Positions 10,608 to 20,257 of a DNA stretch of 64,000 bases are shown here, piece after piece. The notes beneath the pieces are model-generated. The model was given only the letters and a program-made list of their open reading frames with translations. It made no database searches and had not been told where the DNA came from. Position 1 is the first letter of the stretch, and the number at the start of each line of letters is the position of its first letter. This DNA is from an uncultured Pseudomonadota bacterium (GTDB lineage: Bacteria; Oederibacteriota; Muellerivitia; Muellerivitales; Muellerivitaceae): positions 288,001 to 352,000 of the forward strand of contig CAVYRH010000005.1 of the NCBI GenBank assembly GCA_963770835.1, read 5' to 3'. The position numbers were made by a program, and so were the translations under genes.

Positions 10608-12917
10608 ATGAACGTCCCCAAAATATTTTTGCTTCTTTTTTCCGCGATATTTTTGACCACTGTACCCGGCTGGTCGGCGGTGGACGCGACCTCGACCCAG
10701 GCTACTTTTTCCTCGGTCACCGGAAATGTAACCCTCCAAGGCCCCAACTCCAAAAAGAAAACAACGGTCAACCTTAACTCCACGGCCCAGGAGGGCGACC
10801 GGGTCACCACCGGGAAAGATTCTTCGGCCACGCTGGTCCTCTTCGATGGCTCCCAACTGCAAATCGGCGCCCAATCCTCCCTTATCCTTTCCAGCCTTCA
10901 AAAACCCTCCGCGCTCGACAAGATTTTAAAATTCAGACTTTTGGTGGGCCGGGTTTTGGCGAAAGTAATGAAACTTACTTCGGCCAAATCCTCCTTTGAA
11001 ATCCAGGCGGGCGGGGTGGTTTGCGGCGTGCGGGGGACGGTCTACTCGATGCACTACCAACCCGAAGCCCAAACGGTGGATTTGTCCGTTACCGAGGGAA
11101 CGGTTTATACCTCGGTGAACGGCGGGCCCGCGAGCAACGTCAACGCCGGCCAGACCCTGCATCTCACCAAGGTTTCGGGTTCTAATTCCAATGGCAACTC
11201 GACATCGACCGGAACAGGGTCCAAGTCCAAAGGCCAGCAGCAGGCGTCTTCTACGAGTAATTCCGGCAATGGAACCGGCGGCGCCGGCACTACGCTGACA
11301 AACGGCGGAGTCGTTATCGGAAAGGGAACCGGCAACGGCGGAGCCGGGTTAGGCGCGAGCAATACCGCAGCTTATAGCAATCCTGGGGGAACCACGGTGG
11401 TTTACGGCGGGAGCACCACAGTGGTATACGGCGAAACCACCACTAAGGTTGTCAACGGGGTCACCGTGGTCACCTACGGCGAATCCACCACATTGAAAAA
11501 CGGCGGAGTCGGTTTAAGCCCAAACAAACTCTCATCCTATAGTGGGGGCATCACCACCTACTCAAACCCCATTACCAGTAAAAGCGGCCAGGATTCCTGG
11601 CTTGCCCCCGGCTCGGGTTCAGGCGGTGGCGGTTCCACCGGAACCTCGAATACCGGCGTCAACTCCACCGGGTCTTCCGGTAACGGCGCCAACACCAGCA
11701 ACGGAGCTAACGGGAACAGCGGCGGTCCTTCCACCTTCACTAATACTTTGACCAGCAAGGCCGGTCAGGATTCCTGGCTCGGCCCCGGCTCGGGCACCGG
11801 CGGTTCCCCCGGAGCCTCGAATACCGGGAACGGCAACGGCTCCGGCAAACACATCCGAAAAGCCAGCCCCTATCTGAGTATGGGCAATACGACTGGAAAC
11901 AACGGCTCGAACGGGAAAAACATCAACATCACCAGTTTCAGCTTTAACACCGGCGCCACTACGTTGACCTCCTCCCAATCCAACACCATCAGCGGTACCG
12001 TCAGCGCGACGGACAGTTGGTTGGGCCCGGGCTCAGGGAGCTCGAACTCCTCCAACGGGAATGGCGGCGCCACCAAGAGCAACGGCGTCAGTGCCACTGG
12101 TGCGACGGACGATTGGAACGCCCAGGGCCCGACGAATTCGACCTCCTCCCAATCCAACACCATCAGCGGTACCGTCAGCGCGACGGACAATTGGCTGGGC
12201 CCGGGCCCAGGGAGTTCGAACTCCTCCAATGGCAACAGCGGCAGCAGTTCCGCTTCCCCTACCATTGCCGGCCCCGGCAACAACATTAACTACAGCGGCA
12301 CTCTCACCATCAACTCCACCAGCACCCTCACCGTCACGGGCGGGAACCTGGGCAACATTGGCAACGGCGGCATCAGCTTCACCACCACCAGCCCCGCCAC
12401 ACTGACAGGCGTGAACCTGGGCAATAACGCGGGTACCGGCATTATTACCTTCAACCCCAACAGCATCGTCACCCTGACGGGTGTGAACCTCGGCCCTGCC
12501 CCAGGCAACGGCACCTTTACCTTCATTCCCAGCAGTACCGTCACCGTGACGGGTGTAAACCTCGGCCCGGGCCCGGGCAACGGCACCTTCACCCTCAACG
12601 GCAACAGTACGATCGGGTTCACCGGCGCGAATTCCGGTACAGGCAACAACCCCTATACCGTCACTGTCACCGTCACCGCAACCAACCCCGCCACCCTCAC
12701 GGGCCTCAACATTGGCCCTGGCCCCGGCAACGCCACAGTCACCTTCATCCCCACCAACCCCGTTCCCACCGTCAACAACCTTGATAACCCGGCCCTGACC
12801 GTGTTGGACACTACCTTCCAGTCGGGCATCCTGGTGAACGGCGAGAACGGCCTGGGCCTTGCCAACCGCAACCAGGTCATCCTTCTGCTGGTCCCTCCCC
12901 AAGAGGCCGTACCATGA
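10608..12917 (+). CDS. Secreted FecR-domain protein with long Gly/Ser/Thr/Asn-rich repetitive tail
   Basis: Signal peptide and FecR-like N-terminal domain (EGDRVTTGKDSSATLVLFDGS...VCGVRGT...VTEGTV), followed by internal repeats (DSWLGPGSG; TLTGVNLGPGPGN). Confidence 0.75.
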   Translation: MNVPKIFLLLFSAIFLTTVPGWSAVDATSTQATFSSVTGNVTLQGPNSKKKTTVNLNSTAQEGDRVTTGKDSSATLVLFDGSQLQIGAQSSLILSSLQKPSALDKILKFRLLVGRVLAKVMKLTSAKSSFEIQAGGVVCGVRGTVYSMHYQPEAQTVDLSVTEGTVYTSVNGGPASNVNAGQTLHLTKVSGSNSNGNSTSTGTGSKSKGQQQASSTSNSGNGTGGAGTTLTNGGVVIGKGTGNGGAGLGASNTAAYSNPGGTTVVYGGSTTVVYGETTTKVVNGVTVVTYGESTTLKNGGVGLSPNKLSSYSGGITTYSNPITSKSGQDSWLAPGSGSGGGGSTGTSNTGVNSTGSSGNGANTSNGANGNSGGPSTFTNTLTSKAGQDSWLGPGSGTGGSPGASNTGNGNGSGKHIRKASPYLSMGNTTGNNGSNGKNINITSFSFNTGATTLTSSQSNTISGTVSATDSWLGPGSGSSNSSNGNGGATKSNGVSATGATDDWNAQGPTNSTSSQSNTISGTVSATDNWLGPGPGSSNSSNGNSGSSSASPTIAGPGNNINYSGTLTINSTSTLTVTGGNLGNIGNGGISFTTTSPATLTGVNLGNNAGTGIITFNPNSIVTLTGVNLGPAPGNGTFTFIPSSTVTVTGVNLGPGPGNGTFTLNGNSTIGFTGANSGTGNNPYTVTVTVTATNPATLTGLNIGPGPGNATVTFIPTNPVPTVNNLDNPALTVLDTTFQSGILVNGENGLGLANRNQVILLLVPPQEAVP
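11966..12230 (+). repeat. Internal near-tandem duplication (about 90 bp, 174-bp period) in the FecR gene
   Basis: GACCTCCTCCCAATCCAACACCATCAGCGGTACCGTCAGCGCGACGGACA occurs at 11966 and 12140. Confidence 0.85.
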
Positions 12918-14029
12918 GGCCCTGGAAAACCCGGCTCCTATGCCTTTTCATTTGGATACTTTCCGGTGCGGTTTTCGCGGGCCAGTTGGGCCTGGGCTTC
13001 CAATACCAAAACTGGTCCACCAACAGCAGCGCGCCGTGGAATGGAAATGAATTCCTGGTGCCGCTCACACTCTCCTTCGACCCTGTTAAGGACTTCAACC
13101 TTTACGTCCAAGGCGAATTCGCCAACGGCCAGTACACCGACCCCATCAACAGTACCCAAAACCTCGGCGATTTTTCCGATACGGTGGTGGGCGGCAAGAT
13201 CGGCTTTCAAAGTTTTTCCGTTCCTTCCTTGGTGGACATCGCGGTCAATCTCCCGACGGGGAACCAGGCCTGGGAAACCGAAACGCAGAAGGCCAATATC
13301 CCCGCCGAATTCGTGGATTACCGGTACGTAGCCAAGGGCTTCGGCCTCAGCGGGATTTACGGGATCGCCCTGCCGGCAGGCGCCACCCAGTACGGAGTGG
13401 GCTTAGGTTATTTTTATTCCGGAGCCCTCAACCCTTTTTCCAATTCGGTGGATAACCTGAAGCTGGGGGACTCGATGTTCCTGTCCGTGAACCAGGTAAC
13501 TAAATTCCCTGCAAACCAAACCCAATCCATCACCGCCTCTGCCTATTACTTCCTGCCCACCCTCCAAGACAACCAGGATTACCTTTGGATGGGGCCCAAT
13601 CTCAACCTTTCCTACAGCTGGACCAATCCCGCGGCCTTTTCCTTCGAGGCTGGCGTCCAGTATTTCCTGCCAGCCCAGACGGCGGTCAACGGCCAATGGG
13701 TGGCCGAGCCCCATAACTCTTTAGGCGCCCGGCTTTACTTGGACCCCTCATGGGCCTTCGGCGATTTCCTCTTAACGGGTCGGGTGAAATACGTTTTAGC
13801 GAACGGCTATAATTCCAGCCCCAGTGATCTTTCTTATGACGGCGGGGGGTTTCTGCTGGGGATTGAACCTTCGTACAAAATCAAGCTGGATAAGGAATCC
13901 GCTTTGAGGGTTTCGGCTTCTTACGACTACATAAACGCCGATGGCTATGGGACCGATTCCCTGGGAAACCGCGTGGACGTTCTCTTTAACCGGTGGACGG
14001 TGGGGGCCGACTATGAAATCAAACTATAA
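12914..14029 (+). CDS. Putative outer-membrane beta-barrel protein
   Basis: Signal peptide, alternating amphipathic aromatic-rich strands, C-terminal WTVGADYEIKL. ATGA overlap with the FecR gene. Confidence 0.6.
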   Translation: MRPWKTRLLCLFIWILSGAVFAGQLGLGFQYQNWSTNSSAPWNGNEFLVPLTLSFDPVKDFNLYVQGEFANGQYTDPINSTQNLGDFSDTVVGGKIGFQSFSVPSLVDIAVNLPTGNQAWETETQKANIPAEFVDYRYVAKGFGLSGIYGIALPAGATQYGVGLGYFYSGALNPFSNSVDNLKLGDSMFLSVNQVTKFPANQTQSITASAYYFLPTLQDNQDYLWMGPNLNLSYSWTNPAAFSFEAGVQYFLPAQTAVNGQWVAEPHNSLGARLYLDPSWAFGDFLLTGRVKYVLANGYNSSPSDLSYDGGGFLLGIEPSYKIKLDKESALRVSASYDYINADGYGTDSLGNRVDVLFNRWTVGADYEIKL

Positions 14030-17000
14030 ATTTTACTTTTCGGTCCTCGCCCTGATGCTCCTCGTGGGCTGCCATTCGGCCAACAATACCAACGCTCCGG
14101 TCGCGCCCCTGCAGGGAACCAGCCTCACCATCAACATGCCCACCGATTCCATCAGCGGGTCGCTTTTGGGGGCCCCCGTTAACACGATTCTTTACTTCAT
14201 CACCGGCCCGGCGATGCAACCGGTTCAGGGAATTGTCGGCCCGATGAATACCCCTGCCAATTCGGGCGAAATCTCTTTCACCATACCCGTACCCCTGGGG
14301 AATTCCCGGCTCCTGGCCTTCCAATTGAACAACGCCACCAACCAACTGCCCCTGGCCGTGGGGGCGGTGGAAACGGATTTCACCTCCCAGCCCTCGGGGC
14401 CCCTCGTCGTCGAAATGGGGTCAGTCGCGAGGAATTGCTACAACATTTCCACGGCGCTTTATAACACCGGGTCTTATTTCACTTTCGAGACCGACGCCCT
14501 GGCGACTTCGGCACCCGTGTCCTATGACGTTAATTTTGTACCGGTCACCGTGGGTTCCACGGTGGGTTTTCAAATGAATGCCTCGGGTACGGACTCGGTG
14601 GCTTATATGGGAAACGGCAACCTAGTGGGTTTTGCGGCCGCGCCTTCCAGCGGTTATGCGGCTTCCTCCGGGGCGGCCAAGCAAGCTGCCGGGGCCTCGG
14701 GGACTCTGCTGCAGGCGGGGGATGTCTATTGCGTGCAATTGAACGGGGGAGGGCATGCCTGGGTACAGATCATCAACGGGGGTTCAGCCACTTCGGGGCC
14801 CTCATTCCGCTTCAGGGTGAACACCACGGCGTCTTATTACGCTTATGAGCAGACGACCATCGACAAATCGGGCAATTGCCCTACGGCCCTTCCTACCCTC
14901 ACTTCCACACCCACCCTGACGGCTACGGTGACTCCTACCTTCACCATCACCAACAGCCCGACGGTCACTGCCACCTGGACCCCTTCTTCTACGCCTACTC
15001 TGACGGACACAATCACTCCCACCGGGACGCCCACGAACAGCCCCACCGCCACCTCCACCAAGACGATCACTTCCACCCCGACCGTGACAAACTCGCCGAC
15101 CATTACACCCACACCCGGGACAGGGCCCATTACCGTCTCCGGTTCGGTTACCTATACCGGGTTTAACACCGTCGATACCATTCAAGCCCTCTGGTTGATC
15201 ATGGTGCCGACGGGTGGTGTGGGCCAGCAGGCGGAAACGTTCGTCACCGTCAACGGAGGGTCCTATACCCTCAACTCGACCCCCGGGAACTACAACCTTT
15301 TGGCTTTTTACGATTATGCCAGCGGGTATAACGGAGGCCCCCTCCCTGTCGGCGACGCCGTGGGTTATTACCAGGGGGCGGGAATGACCTTGGCTTGCCC
15401 AGCTCCCGGCACCCCTCCCATCACGGGATCAGTGAGTAACCTGAACGTCACCATCGGAAACTTAGACTGTTTCGGGAGCCCCACGCCCGTCATCACCCTC
15501 AATCCAACGGGGACCTTTACGCCCTCCTACACCCCAACGGTTTCACCCACTCCCTCGTCCACTTTTACGCCGAGCGCCACGAACACCCCCGGAGGCATCC
15601 CCATTACCGTTTCCGGTTCGGTGTTTACAGGTGGCTTCACGGGCGGCACCCTTTGGGCGGTTTTGGTGCCTGTCAGCGGCGGGACCTCGCAGGTGGTTGA
15701 GGCAATCACGAGCGAAGGAGCGCCTTACACCTTGGTCACGACAGCCGGTTCCTACAACTTGCTGGCTTTTTACGATTATGGAAATCAATTTTACTATGGA
15801 GGCGGCGTACCCTCGGGCTCCCAGTACAATTTTTATTACAGCACCGTTACCCCGGTTTGCACCCCGCCCGCCACTCCCTTTATCACGGGATCGGTGAGCG
15901 GCTTGGCCCTTACCGTCGTGGGGGGGGAATGCAGCGCCAATACCCAGACACCCTTGATCACCCCGGTTCCGACCAACACTCCCACTATCACCCCTACTCC
16001 AACCACCACTACCACCCCTACGCCTTCGGCCACCCCCACCAGCACCCTCGGCCCCGGGGACATCATCACCGTGGCGGGCAATGGGACGGCCGGTTTCGGG
16101 GGTGACAGCGGGAAAGCGGTCACCGCCGAGCTGAGTGGCCCCTCGGGAATAGCGGTGGACTCCTCGGGCAACCTCTATATCGCGGACTCTTTAAATAATC
16201 GGATCCGGAAGGTGGACACGAACGGAAACATCTCAACGGTGGCGGGAAACGGAACGGCGGGATATTCGGGCGACGGGGGCTTAGCCACTTCGGCGGAGCT
16301 GCTCCAACCCTGGGGAGTCGCCGTGGATTCCTCCGGAAATCTTTATATTTCCGACTGGCAGTACAATGTCATCCGGGAGGTCTCCGGCGGGATCATCAAC
16401 ACCATCGCGGGCTACAACCAAGCAACCCCCCCATCTTGCGCCTCCAATTGGACGGGTTTCCAGGGCGACGGCGGGCCGGCCACCTGCGGCGAGCTTCAAT
16501 ACTCCACCGGAATCGCCTTGGACTCCTCGGGCAACCTCTATATCGGGGACACGAATGACCACCGGATCCGCGAGGTCTCGGGCGGGATCATCAACACCAT
16601 CGCCGGCGGAGGCGTGGGTTCCGGTTTCACCGACGGCGAAGCGGCCACCCTCGCGGGCATGGCGGGCCCCTATCAGGCGGTGGTGGACTCCTCCTCCAAC
16701 ATCTACATTTCCGATTTATCAACCCAGGAAATCTATGAAGTTTCATCAGGAAATATAACGCTGTTGGCGGGAACCGGGTTGCAGGGTTACTCGGGCGACG
16801 GGGGGACGGCCACCTCGGCGGAGCTGGACAGCCCCAGGGGAATCGCGGTGGATTCCTCGGGCAACGTCTATTTCGCGGATGCTTACAACCAAGTGATCCG
16901 GAAGATCAGCGGCGGCATCATCTCCCTTTACGCGGGTTCGTCCACCATCGTGGGAAGCACCACCTCTGGCGTGGGGGGGTACTCGGGCGACGGAGGGCCG

Positions 17001-17108
17001 GCCACCTCCGCCAAGCTTAGTCAACCCGCGGGAGTCGCCGTGGATTCCGCCGGAAACCTTTATATCGCGGACACCAGCAACAACGTGATCCGAAAGGTGC
17101 TCCATTAA
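14013..17108 (+). CDS. Lipoprotein with Thr/Pro-rich linkers and C-terminal NHL-repeat beta-propeller
   Basis: Lipobox LVGC after MKSNYK. Repeated PxGIAVDSSGNLYIAD and GYSGDGGxATSA NHL units. Confidence 0.85.
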   Translation: MKSNYKFYFSVLALMLLVGCHSANNTNAPVAPLQGTSLTINMPTDSISGSLLGAPVNTILYFITGPAMQPVQGIVGPMNTPANSGEISFTIPVPLGNSRLLAFQLNNATNQLPLAVGAVETDFTSQPSGPLVVEMGSVARNCYNISTALYNTGSYFTFETDALATSAPVSYDVNFVPVTVGSTVGFQMNASGTDSVAYMGNGNLVGFAAAPSSGYAASSGAAKQAAGASGTLLQAGDVYCVQLNGGGHAWVQIINGGSATSGPSFRFRVNTTASYYAYEQTTIDKSGNCPTALPTLTSTPTLTATVTPTFTITNSPTVTATWTPSSTPTLTDTITPTGTPTNSPTATSTKTITSTPTVTNSPTITPTPGTGPITVSGSVTYTGFNTVDTIQALWLIMVPTGGVGQQAETFVTVNGGSYTLNSTPGNYNLLAFYDYASGYNGGPLPVGDAVGYYQGAGMTLACPAPGTPPITGSVSNLNVTIGNLDCFGSPTPVITLNPTGTFTPSYTPTVSPTPSSTFTPSATNTPGGIPITVSGSVFTGGFTGGTLWAVLVPVSGGTSQVVEAITSEGAPYTLVTTAGSYNLLAFYDYGNQFYYGGGVPSGSQYNFYYSTVTPVCTPPATPFITGSVSGLALTVVGGECSANTQTPLITPVPTNTPTITPTPTTTTTPTPSATPTSTLGPGDIITVAGNGTAGFGGDSGKAVTAELSGPSGIAVDSSGNLYIADSLNNRIRKVDTNGNISTVAGNGTAGYSGDGGLATSAELLQPWGVAVDSSGNLYISDWQYNVIREVSGGIINTIAGYNQATPPSCASNWTGFQGDGGPATCGELQYSTGIALDSSGNLYIGDTNDHRIREVSGGIINTIAGGGVGSGFTDGEAATLAGMAGPYQAVVDSSSNIYISDLSTQEIYEVSSGNITLLAGTGLQGYSGDGGTATSAELDSPRGIAVDSSGNVYFADAYNQVIRKISGGIISLYAGSSTIVGSTTSGVGGYSGDGGPATSAKLSQPAGVAVDSAGNLYIADTSNNVIRKVLH

Positions 17109-17150
17109 GGCCTGGCCAGGACTGTGATGAGTCCGTGGTTCTCTAGGATA

Positions 17151-17237
17151 CCTACGGGCATCGCGGTGGATGGAAACGGGTTCATCTACGTGGCTGACGC
17201 GGGTCTTTGGATCGTCGGGATATTCAACCCAGGGTAA
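17151..17237 (+). pseudogene. Orphan 3' fragment of another NHL-repeat gene
   Basis: Reads PTGIAVDGNGFIYVADAGLWIVGIFNPG-stop just after the stop codon of the intact NHL gene. Confidence 0.6.
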
Positions 17238-17267
17238 CCTTAAAAATCAAACGGCAAGGAGGCTTCG

Positions 17268-17855
17268 ATGAAGACATTGACTTGGGTTTTTATTATTTTC
17301 ATGGCGGTCTTGGGAGTTTGCCGCGCGCAAGACGATAATCCGGGCGACGGCAATCCAACGGCCACTGCCAAACCCAAATTCCAACCCATCGAGATCCAGA
17401 CCTTCGGGTGGGGGAACCACGCCACGAACGGGTTCTATTACAACGGTTTGCCCCTGACGGATCCGCGGGACTTCGAGCGGGTCATTGACCCCCTCAACGA
17501 CGCCCAGGCCAGCCAAATGCTCCGTTCCGCCGCGGACGAGAGCGGCTGGGGGACGGGCCTTTTGGTGGGGGGTATCGCGTTGGAAGCGGCGGGTTGGGTG
17601 GATTTCACCGTCGTGATGGCATCCTTGGCGTCCGATACCGGGGATAAAGGCCCCGATATAGGACCGTCCTTGATCATGATCCTGGGGGGAACCGGGATAT
17701 GGGTCGGGGGCCTGCTTTTGGATGTCAACGCGGGCAACGACCGCTACAACGCCGTCAATCGCTACAACTATGTGGTCCAGCATGGTAATGGCCTGTCCTT
17801 GATGTTCCTGCCTGATACCCAGAAACCGGGCTTAGCTTTTACCCAACGCTTTTAA
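17268..17855 (+). CDS. Hypothetical exported/membrane protein
   Basis: AAGGAGG RBS, signal peptide, two hydrophobic segments, C-terminal Phe. Confidence 0.7.
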   Translation: MKTLTWVFIIFMAVLGVCRAQDDNPGDGNPTATAKPKFQPIEIQTFGWGNHATNGFYYNGLPLTDPRDFERVIDPLNDAQASQMLRSAADESGWGTGLLVGGIALEAAGWVDFTVVMASLASDTGDKGPDIGPSLIMILGGTGIWVGGLLLDVNAGNDRYNAVNRYNYVVQHGNGLSLMFLPDTQKPGLAFTQRF

Positions 17856-17928
17856 TCCATCTAAACTTAAAATCGCCCGGAAAATATCTTTCATCGTCCG
17901 GCGCATTTCAAATTTATTGTTCTAAAGT

Positions 17929-17979
17929 TGTCCACGGCGGGGAACCCCGCACCCCAGAGCGGGGCAGTGGCATTGGACA
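17929..17979 (+). repeat. Array site S1 (28-bp dyad site carrying a 23-bp hairpin insert)
   Basis: TGTCCACGGCG-GGGAA[CCCCGCACCCCAGAGCGGGGCAG]T-GGCATTGGACA. Confidence 0.8.
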
Positions 17980-18008
17980 AACAAATTAACCAAATGAAGG
18001 AGGCGATT

Positions 18009-18491
18009 GTGCGGAGATCGAAATCGATAGGGAAGATCAGTTTGGCCCTGGGTCTAATTTTATTGGGCATGAATTATTTGGGCTGCTCAAGCTCTGATAA
18101 CGAAGCCGACAGCAAGGCCTACGTGGATAAAGTTGCGCCGGTCATATTCAAGGATTGGGATACGACTCTTATTTTGGCGGAAGCCGATCCGGATTTGAAG
18201 AATTACGCTGACACAAATAAAGAAGTCTTCGAGAAAGGTATCCAATCCTTCAAGGATGCGGTCGGTTCCATGAAAGCTTACAAAGGCGCAACCCTTTTGG
18301 GAAAACCCACCGAGGGACCGGACCATACAGTTGTTGCCGCTTATTCCGTTGAGGCTGATTTTGAGAAAGGGACCAGTAAGATTATGCTGACCACTACCCT
18401 CCGTGATGGGAAATGGCAGATGGGCCTTTTTAACCTAGATCCGCAGGCTGAGCTACAAAGGATGACAAAGGCCATGACCCCGAACCCCTAA
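18009..18491 (+). CDS. Hypothetical lipoprotein (module S1-S2)
   Basis: GTG start after AAGGAGG, lipobox YLGC. Confidence 0.7.
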   Translation: MRRSKSIGKISLALGLILLGMNYLGCSSSDNEADSKAYVDKVAPVIFKDWDTTLILAEADPDLKNYADTNKEVFEKGIQSFKDAVGSMKAYKGATLLGKPTEGPDHTVVAAYSVEADFEKGTSKIMLTTTLRDGKWQMGLFNLDPQAELQRMTKAMTPNP

Positions 18492-18557
18492 ACAACCGGA
18501 TGAGCCGGGAGTTTCTGCGGCCTTGCTAAACCATTAGTCTTTTGCTGACGAAAACTT

Positions 18558-18585
18558 TGTCCACGACGGGGACCCATCGTGGACA
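18558..18585 (+). repeat. Array site S2 (most symmetric copy)
   Basis: TGTCCACGACG-GGGACC-CATCGTGGACA. The right arm reverse-complements to TGTCCACGATG, a 10/11 match to the left arm. Confidence 0.9.
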
Positions 18586-19385
18586 TCGTGCCAGAGGAGG
18601 GTTTGCAGAGCCAGCAGGTGAGGGAGTAGGCCGATGAGGGTCAACCCAAGTCCTGACCAGGTAATCACCAGAGAGCCTGGAAGTCAGCCCCCGGCGTAGG
18701 ATCGAGAGGTCCTGCCCGAAACGGGGTCATAAACCTCATTTAGTGAGGGAACAATCCAGCAGTCCGCAACATCAAGTGAATCCTGCCGCTTCGTGAATGG
18801 GACACCGAAAGGTGCAAGGGGATGCCGAGCCGCGTGTCTACTGGCGAAGGCCACGATCCCGCTGAAGAATCTGGTAGCAAGCGGGGCAAGTCCTCCGGAG
18901 TATGGGGAACGGAATGTTGGAAAGGCTATGCAAGCAAGCTGGGAGATCCTACCCGCCAAAAGACTTGCCGCTATAAGGCTAAAACCGAAAAGAGGCAAGG
19001 GTGGGAGGAAGTCGGAGGGGGTCACAGTACCGATGAAGGGGTGGACAACAAAACCACCCTGAGGGAAGGACCCCTGCTTCAACCATGTGTCTCAAAGAAG
19101 GTAGGCGCTGGAGCATGCCCCAAAAGGGCCAACAACTCTGTAGTACCAAAGCGCGAGGCCTTTGACAACAGGCACTATGCCGAGCGGCCAAGGGGGAAGT
19201 CGAACCTGTAAAGCCGCCGGAGGAGAGGTTGTCGGAAAGCCGTATGATCGAAAAGGTCACGTACGGTTTGACGAGGGGGCGCTGGAAACGAAGTGATGAG
19301 GGAACCTCGTTGGGGCACGGAACCGGAAACGGGGAAACAGATCAAGGAACCCTCTGCACACCATCGCGCCAGTGCTCTACTCTGC
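18586..19385 (+). mobile_element. ORF-less group II intron (about 800 nt)
   Basis: Domain V AAAGCCGTATGATCGAAAAGGTCACGTACGGTTT (19236-19269, AGC triad). Domain VI GCGCTGG...CCAGTGCTCTACTCTGC. DII/DIII-like GGAAGTCGGAGGGGGTCACAGTACCGATGAAG...GAAGGACCCCTGC. EBS1-like loop in GCCGAGCC...GGCGAAGGC. A decayed IEP N-terminus lies at 19115-19192. Confidence 0.85.
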
Positions 19386-19462
19386 ACCCCGGCCCCGCAA
19401 GGGGGATTGCGAAGCTTGGCGGATGGATACACAATCGTATATACAGAAAAGGAGGTTTTCCA

Positions 19463-19696
19463 ATGAAAATTTTAATTGTCCTTCCCGATGAATTGGGGGC
19501 GGAACTAAAGCATTCCATTCCCGCGCGCCAAAGAAGCCGGTTTGTCGCGGAAGCGGTTGAAAAACAACTCCGGTCGATGAAATTCAAGAAAGTCCTTAAG
19601 AAAACAGCCGGAACATGGACGGATAAAAACCATCCTGATATGACAACCCAAGCCGGTATCAACCGCCACTTGGGCCGAATCCGGGGATGGAAATAA
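19463..19696 (+). CDS. Putative antitoxin (VapB-like, ribbon-helix-helix type)
   Basis: 77 aa after an AAGGAGG RBS, RSRFVAEAVEKQL, directly upstream of a PIN toxin. Confidence 0.7.
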   Translation: MKILIVLPDELGAELKHSIPARQRSRFVAEAVEKQLRSMKFKKVLKKTAGTWTDKNHPDMTTQAGINRHLGRIRGWK

Positions 19697-19705
19697 GCCA
19701 ATCCC

Positions 19706-20095
19706 ATGGCCTACCTGATTGATTCCGACGTCATTATTTGGGCCCTTCGTGGGCGCCCGTCGATAGTGAAACTCTTATTAAACCTCTCCGAGGAAGATTC
19801 CATAGCCTGTTCAGCCATAAATGTTCTGGAGGTAGAAGTCGGAGCCAAACCCCCTGAAATGAAAGCGGTCCGCCAACATTTGGGAAGCTACGAAATACTT
19901 CCGGTTCTCCCCTCAACAGCCCAAAAAGCAGCTGAAATTCTTCGTTCGTCTTCCCGCAAACCTCACCCGGGTGAATGGGCTGACGCGGTTATCGCCGCCA
20001 CGGCCCTACTTAATGATTTAACGTTGGTCACCTTTAACACCCGTCATTACCAATACCCAGGGCTTTCACTTCATACAATGAAGGACTTAATTTAG
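19706..20095 (+). CDS. vapC: VapC-family PIN-domain toxin
   Basis: YLIDSDVII...E...DAVIAATAL...LVTFNTRHY PIN motifs. Confidence 0.88.
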   Translation: MAYLIDSDVIIWALRGRPSIVKLLLNLSEEDSIACSAINVLEVEVGAKPPEMKAVRQHLGSYEILPVLPSTAQKAAEILRSSSRKPHPGEWADAVIAATALLNDLTLVTFNTRHYQYPGLSLHTMKDLI

Positions 20096-20117
20096 GGTTT
20101 TTGGGCGAACGGTAGGT

Positions 20118-20209
20118 TGTCCACGACCTGTCTCCCGACCTGTCCCCCGGAACTTTAGTGCAGGGGGAAGTTCAATGAACGTAGGGAGTACGGGGACCCA
20201 TCAAGGGCC
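20118..20209 (+). repeat. Array site S3 with 64-bp nested palindromic insert
   Basis: TGTCCACGA[20127-20190]CG-GGGACC-CATCAAGGGCC. Confidence 0.8.
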
Positions 20210-20257
20210 AAGAGAAAAAGCGTAAACCAATCTTCGTATAAAGGCATTAATTAAAAG

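Noticed and set aside
11848..11950. Hcp-like words (KASPYL, NITSFSF) in the FecR protein tail
   Set aside because: Too short and embedded in low-complexity sequence to support homology.
629..17105. Many Pro-rich or Val/Gly-rich antisense ORFs
   Set aside because: Shadow frames of Gly-rich and Thr/Pro-rich plus-strand genes; the same applies at 27.6-29.2, 30.2-30.9 and 36.3-36.9 kb.
18684..19432. Several short ORFs and the N-terminal extension of ORF 19229-19696
   Set aside because: They overlap structured intron RNA; the antitoxin has its own RBS at 19463.
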